Shown piece by piece: positions 13,791 through 27,259 of a stretch of 64,000 nt of DNA. A program made the translations under genes and the position numbers. Source of the DNA: Octopus vulgaris. Lineage: Eukaryota. The notes beneath the pieces are model-generated. The model had not been told where the DNA came from, ran no database searches, and saw nothing but the letters and a program-made list of their open reading frames with translations. The stretch covers positions 81,902,001-81,966,000 of the forward strand of contig OX597816.1 in the NCBI GenBank assembly GCA_951406725.2, read 5' to 3'. Positions within the stretch are counted from its first letter, which is position 1. Every line of letters starts with the position of its first letter.

Positions 13791-13901
13791 GGTAAGTGGA
13801 TTTTTGCATTATTAACCTGTCTACAGAAACCTCTTACTCCAGAAGCTTGTTCTGCCATAAGGAATTTGGCAAGGATTTGTGCTCGACTACGGTCATTGAT
13901 G
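13791..13901 (+). CDS. GEMIN2: Gemin2 coding exon
   Basis: ttgcag...ATG/gtatgt; GKWIFALLTCLQKPLTPEACSAIRNLARICARLRSLM matches the signature [30 protein letters not shown]. Confidence 0.93.
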
Positions 13902-14737
13902 GTATGTTAATCTGATAATATTACTTCCCAATTTTGGGTTTTCACAAAGTACATTACTAGGATTGCTATTATAATTAAGAAAATTGTAATGTAGTTAGAC
14001 CAGTTTATAATGTTTACATTGTAGAAAGCTAACAAATGTGAATACATTTTATTAACCGCCAATCCCAGGGGAAAACAAGAGATGTTATCTTGATATGTTT
14101 CATTTCTTATTGGCCACTTTTTTTGGAGGACATGTACTCCTCATACCTCTGCCTACAAAGAAAAATAAATACTATACACTATTTAAGTCAAATACAAACT
14201 AGGACATGTTTGAAATGGTTTTCGATTAATTTGTACTGTGTGTATTTATCAGAAATAATTAAATAATTGATAAGTATTTTATGCATCTATTTTATTCTAC
14301 TTTATTCTAATATTTGGTAATCCAGTCTCTTTGTTCCCTTGCCCTCTCACTTATTTCCAAATTCTCTTTCTCATTCAATGATGTGAGTCCTGATGTGTGT
14401 CTATGTGGTGCTTGTTTTTGTATTATTTTGTTTGGATTAATTGTTAATTCTTTAGCCATTGTGTGTCAGTATACATGTATTATATGCGATTCTTTATGTT
14501 GACATCAGTGACATGGATTTTCCCTGTTTAAGTTGTGTGTATTTTATGGAACACAACTATACCATCAGTGACACCACAGGTACCAACTATCTTTAGATTG
14601 TGGATAATAAAGTGCGATATTATCTCTGATGAGATTTGAATTCAAAGTGTAGTAGGGTGAGGGAGTGACAAAGAAAATAAAATATTAGTTTATTTTAAGT
14701 GGTACAATGATTGTGAGATGAATGTACTAGGTTATTG

Positions 14738-15156
14738 GGATCTTTTCGGTTTGAACGGCAGTTTTTAACATAATTTCTAGGTAACTAAAAAATTTTAAAC
14801 TTCGTATACTGGTAGAATGTGTTTATAAAACATCTTTTTCTCTTGACTTTATTGAGAAAATTCTATAGTTTGTAAGATATTTGTTGTTTTTTTTCTTCAA
14901 TTTCTGCAATTTCAACCAATCACTGATATCTATTGAGGTAAAAAAACATTCTGTGCTGTATGAATATGTCCCTCATTTAAGAAACAGATTGGGTTTATTT
15001 ACATTTGTGAAGAAAAAAAAAGATACCCTTCCCCCCACCCTAACCCTAACCCTAAAACAGATTGAAATGCAATTGATCGATACTAGGGTCATAATTATGG
15101 GTGATAATTTCATATGACACCGCAAGAAAAAACTGCCGTTCAAACCGAAAAGATCC
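14738..15156. mobile_element. MITE with about 29-bp TIRs and an 8-bp TSD (Merlin-like)
   Basis: TIR GGATCTTTTCGGTTTGAACGGCAGTTTTT; TSD GGTTATTG at 14730-14737 and 15157-15164. Confidence 0.88.
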
Positions 15157-16986
15157 GGTTATTGATTATGTGGTTATAAGTCTCTCTTATTTCCTCCACT
15201 GGGTGGTGATTATGAAACTAATAGTGGAAACAGGGCCAGAATGTGAACACTCCTGTTGTAAATCCTTACCCCATCAAGCATAAGTTGAATCTACAGCCAT
15301 TATCTGTCTGAGCAAGGAACCTAATTATGCTTGCTTGACTATAATCATTAAGATAATGATGTTTGTTCTCATCACTGTTGGTGTGATTTTAATGTATTAC
15401 AACTTTTTGGCTCACTATATTTAGGATGTTAGCACCTGCTTTACTATTAGTTTTTCATGCAACAGACTTTCTGAGTATTTTTCACCTGTCATTCTTTCAT
15501 GCCACTCAGTGTTCATTCATGGACATATCTACTCTAGTCATTAAATGATCTAACAATATAGCTAGACTGTGCTTCATCAATTAGTTCTAATAAGACTGAA
15601 GCATGTGATCTTTAGCGTACCGCTAAAGATCATACTCATTCCCCTCTATTCTATATGTAATTAATTTAAATTTAAACCAAGCTTTCCTCTCATGTCTTTC
15701 TTAACTGGAATTGGTCATTTACACATTACTACATAGTGTCCCAAAACTGGACAGTCAGAAAATTAAGCAATATAGAATATTGTATTGGTTGTAAATTAAT
15801 CTATGATATTATTTCACTTGTCATGACATTCATGTGTTTGAGAGTTACACTTTTAAACAACACTTAGAATGAAAATGTTGACATAATAATAAAAGTCTTT
15901 AATGTAAGGAAATAAGTTTGAGTGTTAAGCTTTAAACGACCTTAACTGTGGAATATAATTAAAGATATTTAACAAAATGAAACTGTAATGATGATCTATA
16001 AATTTGTGCATCAAAACAGAAATATGGAATTTCATAAAACCAATGATTTCCACTGATCCTACTAGTTGTGATTTAAAGTAAAATGAAAATTATACTTTAT
16101 GCATTAAATGATTAAGATAATGCTACTTTTCTCCTCACTGTGTGTGTAATTTAAAATAAAAGTTTTTACCTTACTGCATCTTGCTTTATTGATATGAAGC
16201 ATATATTTCTTAGTTGAGTTTGTTAATTGTAGTAAGAGAATATAGTTGTAAAGTCTTTTACTCCAATAAATTTTTCCCTCTTTAAGATGGCAGCATATAG
16301 TTTGAAATGTACTCTACTTGAAATAAGTGCTGAGGTATAGCTACTATTGTTGTCCTATGAAGTCCATCTTGACTGCCTCTGTTGTAGCCACCACAAGAAG
16401 AAACCTTTATGCAATTATTAGGCCTGCTAGAAATAGTGTTCAAGTTCCATGCAAAATCACATCCTATCATCTTGAAAATGGAAAGACATATTGGATAATG
16501 TAGTCATAGCTACACTCCATCTGAAACAACTGGACTGCCTTTGAGTACAGGTCTACTCAATCAAGACTGACTTGGAGGCTAAACAACAAAAATAACCAGA
16601 TAACCACATACATATAAAAAGAAACAGGGCAGTGGAGAAAATGCAACATATCTAAGTTACCATACTCTACTCCACATGTTAAACTTTTTCATGTTGGAAT
16701 AACCAGTATAATCCTTTATTAGACTGAGACATGCATATCTAAAGTATTGAATTTGTGCTTTAGTGACTGTCTACTTGCTATGATCAAGGCTGACTAGGAA
16801 AGTGGTTACTCAATGACAGTGACTAATAAAAAAAAAAATTAATCTACACTAATAGATGAGGTAAAATTGCTTGTTATTAGCTAATTTAAAAAAAGATTCT
16901 TTTAGATATTGATTTCTTTTTTAGTAATCACAAAACCAGATATTTTAGGAGGTAACATTATAGTCAAATGAATTGAGCTTAGTATA

Positions 16987-18590
16987 GCGTCCGCTTTCCA
17001 TGCTAGCATGGGTTGGACGGTTCAACTGGGGTCTGGCAAGCCTGAAGGCTGCACCAGGCCAATCAGATCTGGCAGTCTTTCTACAGCTGGATGCCCTTCC
17101 TAACGCCAACCACTCCGAGAGTGTAGTGGGTGATTTTATGTGCCACCAACACAGGTGCCAGACGAGGCTGGCAGACAGCCACACTCGGATGGTGTTTTTT
17201 ATGTGCCACCGACACAGGTACCAGACGAGGCTGGCAGACGGCCACGCTCGGATGGTGTTTTTTATGTGCCACCGACACAGATGCCAGACGAGGCTGGCAG
17301 ACGGCCACGCTCGGATGGTGTTTTCTTATGTGTCACCGACACAGGTGCCGGACGAGGCTGGCGAGCGGCCACGCTCGGATGGTGTTTGTTACGTGCCCTC
17401 AGCACGGAGGCCAGTCGATGCGGTGCTGGCTACGGTCATGTTCGGATGGTTTTCTTGTGTGCCACCGGCACTGGTGCCGCAGGGATGCAAGCTCCATTGA
17501 TGTTCATCTATTTTGGTTTGATTTGATTTGATTTGATTTGATTTGATTTGATTTTCACTTGCCTCAACAGGTCTTCACAAGTGTCACAAGAAGGAAGGTA
17601 TGCACAGGTGGACTGACTACGTCCCAGGTAGGGGCCACGGGTTATGGCTTCACTAGCCTTGCCGGGTCTTCTCACGCACAGCATACTTCCATAGGTCTTG
17701 GTCTCTAGTCATTTCCATGGTGAGACCTAACGTCCGAAGGTCGTGCTTCACCACCTCGTCCCAGGTTTTCCTGGGTCTACCTCTTCCACGGGTTCCCTCA
17801 ACTGCTAGGGCTTGGCACTTTCTCACACACCTATCTTCATCCATTCTCGCCACATGACCAGACCAGCGCAATCGTCTCTCTTGCACACCACAACTGATGC
17901 TTCTTAGGTACAACATTTCTCTCAAGGTACTAACGCTCTGTCGAGTAAGTACACTGACATTACACATCCATCGGAGCATACTGGCTTCATTCCTCATGAG
18001 CTTACGCATGTCCTCAGCAGTCACGGCCCATGTTTCACTGCCATGTAGCATAGCTGTTCGTACACATGCATCATACAGTCTGCCTTTTACTCTGAGCGAG
18101 AGGCCTTTAGTCACCAGCAGAGGTAAGAGCTCCCTAAACTTTGCCCAGGCTATTCTTATTCTAGCAGTTACACTTTCAGCGCACCCACCCCACACTACTG
18201 ACTTGGTCACCTAGATAGCGGAAGCTATCAACTACTTCTAGTTTTTCCCCCCGGAAAGTGACGGAAGTTGTTTTCTGCAGATTTTTGGAGGTCAATACTC
18301 CCGAGCATCTGCCACATACAAAAACTATCTTCCCAGTTAGCCTACCTTTGACATTGCTGCACCTCTTATGTGTCCATAGCTTACACTTGGTACATCTTAT
18401 AGAGTTTCTACCTACACCTTTTCTACAGATCGAGCAAGGCCATCTTCCCGAGGATATTGTGGATTGTCTACCTTTCTACTTATTAGTACTTTGGTTTTAA
18501 CTAGGTTGACTCTAAGGCCCCTCGATTCTAAACCCTCCTTCCACACCTGGAACTTCTCCTCCAGTTCTGATAGTGACTCAGCAATTAGAG

Positions 18591-18592
<2 letters not shown>
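16987..18592 (-). mobile_element. RTE-clade LINE 3' part (ORF2 end plus long 3' UTR with about 58-bp repeats)
   Basis: ARIRIAWAKFRELLP..LHGSETW..RRLRWSGHVARM..RGRGRPRKTW; stop at 17653; frameshift near 18210. Confidence 0.9.
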
Positions 18593-18660
<68 letters not shown>

Positions 18661-18764
18661 CTATATAAATATATACATATATATATATATATACATATAT
18701 ATACATATATACATATATATACATATATATATACATATATATATATACATATATATATATATAT

Positions 18765-18812
<48 letters not shown>

Positions 18813-18844
18813 TATATATATATACATATATATATATACATATA

Positions 18845-18884
<40 letters not shown>

Positions 18885-18949
18885 TAAATATATATATGTA
18901 TACATATATAAATATATATATATACACATATATATATATATATATACAC

Positions 18950-18998
<49 letters not shown>

Positions 18999-19025
18999 TA
19001 AATATATATATTTATACATATATAA

Positions 19026-19074
<49 letters not shown>

Positions 19075-19538
19075 TATATATTTATACATATATAAATATA
19101 TATACATATATATTTATACATATATAAATATATATACATATATATTTATACATATATAAATATATATACATATATATTTATACATATATAAATATATATA
19201 TACATATATAAATATATACATATATATTTATACATATATAAATATATATATATAAATATATATATACATATATAAATATATATATATATATACATATATA
19301 AATATATATATACATATATAAATATATATATATATATACATATATAAATATATATATATATACATATAAATATATAAATATATATATACATATATAAATA
19401 TATATACATATATACTATATATATATATATATATATACATATATAAATATATATATATATACATATATAAATATATATATATATACATATAAATATATAA
19501 ATATATATATACATATATAAATATATATACATATATAC

Positions 19539-19570
<32 letters not shown>

Positions 19571-19973
19571 GTATATACATATATAAATATATATACATAT
19601 ATACTATATATATATAAACCCAGACTCAACCATCCGAACATACTGACACAGAGAAATTAACAAGGAAATGGGAAAAAAAAATTTTTTAAGCGATTATCTC
19701 CCCTACACCGGAAAAAATCACTCACTACCTCCCCTTATTTAGAAATCTCCTGGAAATAAAAACAACGATAATTCCATGCAATATAAACATAACGTCACAA
19801 GAAATTTGAAAAGCTACATGCGAAACCGGTAATTTCTTTAAAAATTTTAAAATTATGTCATTTTAAGGAAAGGGAAAAAAATTTTTCCAATATTCTCCAG
19901 ACATTTTGACACAAATATATATATTTTTTAACATTTAAGCCTTCTGTCGTTTTTTCACACTTTACTATTTTCT

Positions 19974-20040
<67 letters not shown>

Positions 20041-20042
20041 GC

Positions 20043-20075
<33 letters not shown>

Positions 20076-20108
20076 GCTATATAAATATATATATATATAT
20101 ATATATGC

Positions 20109-20193
<85 letters not shown>
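18593..20193. repeat. Long degenerate (TA)n blocks (18593-19617, 19975-20193)
   Basis: read directly from the sequence. Confidence 0.95.
19799..19838 (+). ncRNA. Minimal hammerhead ribozyme motif, U3-A8 core variant
   Basis: AAGAAAT TTGAAAA GC tacat GC GAAA CCGG TA ATTTCTT; 7-bp stem I and palindromic ACCGGT. Confidence 0.65.
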
Positions 20194-20196
<3 letters not shown>

Positions 20197-20200
20197 CTAA

Positions 20201-21721
20201 GAGGCAAGTGAAAATCAAATCAAAACAAATCAAAGTAGATGAACATCAATGGAATTTGTATCTTTGTGGTACCAGTGCCGGTGGCACACAAGAAAACTAT
20301 CCGGATGTGGCCGTAGCCAGTACCGCATCGACTGGCCTCCGTGCTGTTGGCACGTAACAAACACCATCCGATTGTGGCCGTTCGCCAGCCTCGTCTGGCA
20401 CCTGTGTCGGTGACACATAAAAACACCATCCGAAGACCCGGCAAGACTAGTCAGGTCATAACCTGTGGCCCCTACCTGGGACGTAGTCAGTCCACCTGTG
20501 CATACCTTCCTTCTTGCGACACTTGTGAAGACCTGTTGAGGCAAGTGAAAATCAAAACAAATCAAAATAGATGAACATCAATGGAATTTGTATCTTTGTG
20601 GTACCAGTGCCGGTGGCACACAAGAAAACCGTCCGAACCTGGCTGTAGCCAGTACCGCATCGACTGGCCTCCGTGTTGCGGGCACATAACAAACACCATC
20701 CGATCGTGGCCGTTCGCCAGCCTCATCTGGCACCTGTGTCGGTGGCATATAAAAACACCATCCGAAGACCCGGCAAGATTAGTCAGGCCATAACTCGTGG
20801 CCCCTACCTGGGACGTAGTCAGTCCACCTGTGCATACCTTCCTTCTTGTGACACTTGTGAAGACCTGTTAAGGCAAGTGAAAATCAAATCAAATCAAATC
20901 ATATCAAAACAAATCAAAATAGATGAACATCAATGGAATTTGTATCTTTGTGGTACCAGTGCCGGTGGCACACAAGAAACCCATCTGAACATGGCCGTAG
21001 CCAGTACCGCATCGACTGGCCTCCGTGCTGTGGGCACGTAACAAGCACCATCCGATCATGGCCGTTCGCCAGCCTCATGTGGCACATAAAAACACCATCC
21101 GAAGACCTGGCAAGACTAGTCAGGCCATAACCCGTGGCCCCTACCTTGGACGTAGTCAGTCCACCTGTGCATACCTTCCTTCTTGTGACACTTGTGAAGA
21201 CCTGTTGAAGCAAGTGAAAATCAAAACAAATCAAAATAGATGAACATCAATGGAATTTGTATCTCTGTGGTACCAGTGCCGGTGGCACACAAGAAAACCA
21301 TCCGAACGTGGCCGTAGCCAGTACCGCATCGACTGGCCTCCGTGCTGTGGGCACGTAACAAACACCATTTGATCGTGGCCGTTCGCCAGCCTCATCTGGC
21401 ACCTGTGTCGGTGGCACATACAAACACCATCCGAGCGTGGCCGTCTGCCAGCCTTGTCTGGCACCTGTGTCGGTGGCACATAAAAAACACCATCCAAGCG
21501 TGGTCGTTCGCCAGCCTCGTCTGGCACCTGTGTCGGTGGCACATAAAATCACCCACTACACTCTCGGAGTGGTTGGCGTTAGGAAGGGCATCCAGCTGTA
21601 GAAACACTGCCAGATCTGACTGGCATGGTGCAGCCTTCGGGCTTCCCAGACCCCAGTTGAACCGTCCAACCCATGCTAGCATGGAAAGCGGACGTTAAAT
21701 GATGATGATGATGATGATGAT
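20201..21721 (+). mobile_element. RTE LINE 3' UTR with a tandemly triplicated ~335-bp unit and a (TGA)n tail
   Basis: same sequence as 16987-17670 in the opposite orientation; units start near 20201, 20538, 20870 and 21207. Confidence 0.85.
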
Positions 21722-22026
21722 GGCCAAATGCTTATTTTAGTCAATTTGTAATGACAAAGTTGCTCATGAACAGATGAGAAAATGAGAAGAATAGAAAAAA
21801 AAATATATATTAATTTCTTTTTGGTATGGCAGAAGAAGGCTTATATTTCAAAGGAATGGGAATGGAAAATTAAGACTTACATGCCTTTCTCAAGAGTATT
21901 AGCAAAAAAAATACTGATTATGATTTTGATATAATATTTTGTTGTTTTCAAATAAAAGAAGATGTGTTTTTTTAAAATCTACATCAGAAATTTTAAAACA
22001 TTACAATATCTATTTTCCTTTTACAG

Positions 22027-22119
22027 AACAGCTCTACAGATCCTCATCTCACTCCATTGAACCTCATTATCTGCCTTGTGTGCCAATATTTTGAACAGAA
22101 AGATCTTATCAGCTGTTAA
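22027..22119 (+). CDS. GEMIN2: Gemin2 last coding exon
   Basis: polypyrimidine tract and ttacag acceptor; NSSTDPHLTPLNLIICLVCQYFEQKDLISC* matches the C-terminal LNLLICLVSRYFDQRDLAD. Confidence 0.93.
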   Translation, partial: NSSTDPHLTPLNLIICLVCQYFEQKDLISC

Positions 22120-22509
22120 AACAAGAGAGATTTCATTCACAGAAAAGACTGCAAAGATATCTTAACAGCAGCTAATGATTTAACTTATGATTTGAAAGTT
22201 AATTTACTCTAATTAGACTTTTGCTGGCTCAGCTTATTTAGAAGAAATATTGGACTGTATATAACAAACCAATCACCTTGTTTATCAACTTGCAGCATAA
22301 CTCAGTGTTTCTACAGGCTGTCTATGATTTTTGCAAGTACATTTCAAAGAGACTTCCATTCTGTTTTTTTTTTCATTCATTATTTGATAAACAAAAGTTT
22401 TCTCTTTTATTGTTGTCTTTATTATTGTTGTTGATACTTAGTTTGATCAAACTTATGATCAAAGCCAATTCACCCATGACCAGATCATCTTTTTCTTTAT
22501 CTAAGAATA

Positions 22510-24230
22510 TAAAATATCTGGTGGAGTTGGATATAGCCTAGTCACCTGTATAGTTAAACCAGGTTGTCCATGAAGGAGTCATAGCCAATGATTGGTGTAG
22601 CAGCGTTATAGTCAACTGCTACAAAGGCAAAGGTGACGCTTTAGACAGGAATAATTACAGAGACATCATATTGCTGGACCAGGTGATGAAAGTCAGAGGA
22701 AGGGCCATAGCTCAATTAATTAGGAAGAGAGTTAGTGCAGATGACATGCAGTTTGGATTTGTGCCTGGCAGGAGCATGACTGATGCTATATTCTTGGTTA
22801 GGCAGCTGCAGGAGAAATATCTAGCAAAAAATAAACCCCTGGCTTTGGTTGACGTGCAGAGAGCCTTTGACAGAGACCTCCACTCCATTATCTGATGGTC
22901 AATGCAGAAGCTAGGGATAGATGAGTAGTTGGTGAGAGTTGTACAAGCCATATACAGGGATGCTGTCAGTAAGGTGAAGGTTAGCAACAAGTATATTGAT
23001 GAATTCAAGGTACAAGTAGGGGTCCACCAAGGATCAGTCCTTAGTCCCCTCCTGTTCATCATAGTCCTCCAGACAATAACAGAGGAATTTAAGACAGGCT
23101 GCCCTTGGGAGCTCCTGTATGCTGGTGACCTTGTTCTTATAGCTGAATCACTACCAGTACTAGAAAAAAAAAATTCAGGCATGGAAGCAAGGTCTGGAAT
23201 TGGAGGGCCTTAGAGTTAATCTAGCAAAAGCCAAAGTCTTAGTAGGCAGAACAGGCAAATTATAAATCCCTTCAAGTAGATGACCCTGATGGCCTTGCTC
23301 GATCTGTAGAAAAGGTATAGGTAGTAACTCGATAAAATGTACCTGGTGTAAGCTATGGACACATAAGAGGTACCTCAATATCAGAGGAAAGTTAACAGGA
23401 AAAATAGTTTTTGTGTATGAGAGATGCACAGGTACAATTAACACCAAAATGTACAGAAAATAGACTCCATCAAATATCAGTGGGGAAAACTAGAAGTAGT
23501 TGATAGCTTCTGCTTCCTTGGGGACCAAATTTGTAACAGAGGTGGAAGCTCTGAGAATATAGCTGCTAGAATAAGAATAGGCTGGGTATAGTTCAGAAAG
23601 CTCCTAACTCTGTTGGTAACAAAAGGGCTCTCTCTCAGAGTGAAAGGCAGATTGTACGATGCCTGTGTACAAACACCCATACTACACAGCAGTGAAACAT
23701 GGGCTGTGACCGCCGAGGACATGCGAAGGCTTGAAAGAAATGAAGCCAGTATGCTTCACTGGATGTGTAATGTCAGTGTGCATGTATGGTAGAGTGTAAG
23801 CATCTTGAGAAAAAAGGTGGGCATAAGAGGCATCAGATGTTGTGTGCAAGAAAGACGACTGCACTGGTATGGTCATGTGATGCGTATGGATGGGAACAGC
23901 TGTGAGAAGTGCCAATCTCTAATTGTGGAGGGAAACTGTGGAAGAGGTAGACTCAGAAAGACATGGGACAAGGCAGTGTAGCATGATCTTCGAATGTTGG
24001 ATCAATGTAACATGATCTTCATGGAGGCAATGACAAGTGACTGAGACCTTTGGTGATATGCAGTTCTAAGTGAAATCGCAGTCATGGCTGATAGCAGTGT
24101 CTTGTAACTGACACTTGTGCCAGTGGCATGTAAAAAGCACCCTTCAAATGTCAGGTGATATGCTGTACTTGAGAAAACCCATCAAGCCAAGTGAAATTGT
24201 CGCTGATGCCACTATTGTGTTACTAGTACC
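22510..24230 (+). mobile_element. Decayed RTE LINE (RT domain to 3' end)
   Basis: QFGFVPGRS.TDAIF, GVHQGSVLSPLLF, LLYAGDL, SETWA, RLHWYGHV; stops and frameshifts. Confidence 0.88.
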
Positions 24231-24249
24231 TCTGCAGTCTGGCATTGTC

Positions 24250-24910
24250 ATAATGAAAAACAGTGCCTTTAGCAAGTACTGGACACTTCTAGTGGATTGT
24301 TGCGTTTAATTTGTCCAGCTTGTCACCATACACATCCGAATCAGTGGTCCTGCCCATTAGAAGAAGCTCATAACTGTCGATACCCCTCCAATCCCCTGAC
24401 ATTGGAAGCATAACTTTCTTCAAGTGAAGTTCTGCTTTGAAGGTTGTCTGTGGTGTTTCGCTGTTCTCCCATGATCGTTTGCACTTCACATTGTTATAGA
24501 TGTCGTCTAACTCCATTTTGTTGCTGTTAATCTTAAAAAGCTGGCCAGAGTGAGGTGCATCTTGAATCAAAAACTTTCCTGATCTAAATTGTCAGAACCA
24601 CTTCTGGCACACGTTTCAGTATCCTCTCTGTACACAGCACTTATCTTCTTGGAAGTTTCTGCCACTTTCTCACCATTTTTGAAATAAGAAAAAGCACATG
24701 ATGTCAATAACATTCATTTTGGTTCTCCATTTTCAGGTGATCCGAAGCACACAAAATAATACCTGTCGCAAGATTGTGTCAAACTACGTTGAAGTATCAA
24801 ATCTCAAATGAGTGTGCGTACACTGCGGTAAAACTGAAGTTAGCTACTTATTAGTACTTGAAGTTTAGTACCAACAAAAACCAAACATACTTTTTGACTA
24901 ACGCAATAGA
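24250..24910 (-). mobile_element. Mariner transposon remnant
   Basis: YNNVKCKRSW..KAELHLKKVML..DWRGI..ELL..DSDVY..L; TIR-like end near 24880-24908. Confidence 0.75.
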
Positions 24911-25139
24911 TAGCCTGTCAATCCATATTAACCCATTCCCTCAAATGTTTAAAAAAAAAGTCCAGATATTATCTCAGTTATCATCTGGAAGAGTCCACTC
25001 GTCTACTAACATATATTGGACTTCTGTAACGAGGAAAGAAACCAACTGTGTTCTTGAAATCTACATTTATTCTTAAAAAAAACTGTGATCATCTGCCTCA
25101 GAGTTACTGAGAAATTAAACCCTAGCCTCTTGCTTTAAA

Positions 25140-27245
25140 AAAATGTACAATTCTATGCTACTTAATCACATTGATTCCTTTATAAGATGGAACCAAAATA
25201 GCTTCTGCTAGAACTTTGCCCTAAGAAGAATTATAGAAGAGCTCAGGATTTCCCAGAAAAAGTTTTCAATTGTATTTGTGGATTCCTCCAAAACATTTGT
25301 TAGTGTCAACAGAAAGACCATGTTACCTATCCTGCTGAACTATGGTATCCCAGATGAAATTATCAAAGCTGTCACCATCATGTGCTAAACCTCATCAAAC
25401 TTTGTGAAAATCATACAGCAGGAATCCCTCAGGGAGATGGACAACATCCTTAAGCAAAGTCTTCCATTCAAGACAAAGGCTTCACCATTAAGCAGAAGTA
25501 ATTCAGACATCAATAGAGCATGTATCTCTTTGATCTTGACTATGATCTTACTCTCACAGCTCATCAACAGTGTTACATACAAGATTAATTAGCATCCCTT
25601 AAGAATGCCTTAGCCAAAGTTTGTTTCTCAATACAAAGAAGATTGAATATATGACCATCAATGAAGATGAAGCCTAAGAGGCTGAAGACAACCAGTCCCA
25701 GACTGGATGTCGACAGACTCAAAAGACAATGGTGTAAGCAAGACTTATTTGCTGCAGTTCGGGTCTGAGCTAATGTAGTGCTGGTCCCTTGACTGAAGCT
25801 GTGGGGATGTTGGAAACTTACAAGGACATGCTGTTGTCGACTTTCAAAAAAGGGTCAGGAGATGTGGTCTTTACTGGGAGACCCTTGCATTGGTGGTGTG
25901 CAGCAGCAGGGCGAGGTTAGGTGGATGTCCCTCATGATTTATTTTGGGGACTGAGATGTTCGGTAGTCAGAGCACAAAGAAAAGCAGGTTTGAGGAATTT
26001 CTGAGGAGGTCGATAGTCAACTTCATACTTCTGACTCATGTACTGTCTACATAAGAATTATTATGCTTAGGTGGGCAAAGCCTCCCCTTCAGTACTCTGG
26101 AGTCTTAGACTATGATGGAATGCTCCCAATGGAGGAGCCCAAGGTGGTGGATCGCTAGGCATTGTACTTTGAAGAGTTGTATAAGGTGGACCAACCTAGT
26201 ACTGTTCTGAATGCTGTGATGCTGTCAGCCCTGGTGACTGATCTGCCAATCAGCTGTGATCTGCCATCCTTAGGCGAGGTTTGTACAGTGGTAAATCAGC
26301 TGAGGAGCAGGAAGGCAACTGGCATTTGTGACATCCATGGCAAGATGATCAAGACAGGTGGGCCTGCTGCAGTTTTGTACTTATGGTGAATCATCTGTTC
26401 AATTTGGAGCAGTGGCATCATATCTCCTGACAGGAAGAGAAGCATAATTATCCCTATCTGGAGAGGTAAAGGTGACTGCCGCCATTGTAACAGTTACTGG
26501 GCTGTTACACACCCCTTAGTGCCTGGTAAGTTCTATGTCTGGGTCATTCTAAACAGAGTGTGAAATCATTTGCTTGTTACTCAGAAGTTGGAGCAGTCAG
26601 GGTTCACACCAAAGAGATCAACTACTGACAAGATTCTGGCTAATAGCGTGTACGCATTGAGTGCTAGAGGGGCTTTTGGCAGGGGCTATTTGCAGTTTAT
26701 GTTGACTTCCGCAAGACGTTTAACTCGGTGGACAAGGATGTCCTTTGGAAGATTCTTGGGCAGTGAGGTATGGCTCCCAGACAGGCTGGGTTGATGGTGG
26801 CCCTATATACTGGAATGGTAAGCACAGTTCAGATTAGAAGCTCAATGTCTGACTTTTAGCCAGTTAGATCTGGGGTCTTTCAAGGTTGTGTTTTGATTCC
26901 TACTCTGTTCAAAGTCTGTATGGACTGGACTCTTGACCAGATGGTGGCTCCGTTGAGTTCTGGAGTGATCATTGGTGCAACTAGGATTAATGACCTGAAT
27001 TTTGCTGATGATGCGGTTATTCTTGTTGAGTTTCTGGGTGTTTTAAGGTGTACTGCCCTTTCACTGAGGAAGTGGAACCACTCGGTCTTAAAGTTTCCTC
27101 GGTGAAGACTAAGATCCAAAGTTTCATTGGCTTTCTGGAGCATTCCATCTCACCTGTCTCTGTTGCAGGTGATAATGTCGGAGTTGTCGACCACTTCACT
27201 TATATAGGTAATGTGATCCATAGTAGCTTTGAGTCCGAAGTCTAA
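25140..27245 (+). mobile_element. Decayed non-LTR (RTE-like) RT fragments from other families
   Basis: KATGICDI, EQSGFTPKRSTTD, QGCVLIPTLF, DLNFADDAV, FTYIG. Confidence 0.8.
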
Positions 27246-27259
27246 GAAAGACTGAGGTG

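Noticed and set aside
17000-17531. Overlapping repeat-containing ORFs in several frames (also 20220-21698)
   Set aside because: They arise from GC-rich 58-bp repeats in the RTE 3' UTR.
18464-20207. Many ORFs rich in YI/IY, CV or HT repeats (also at 8-9 kb, 31-33 kb and 58-60 kb)
   Set aside because: Translations of (TA)n, (CA)n and (TACA)n microsatellites, not genes.
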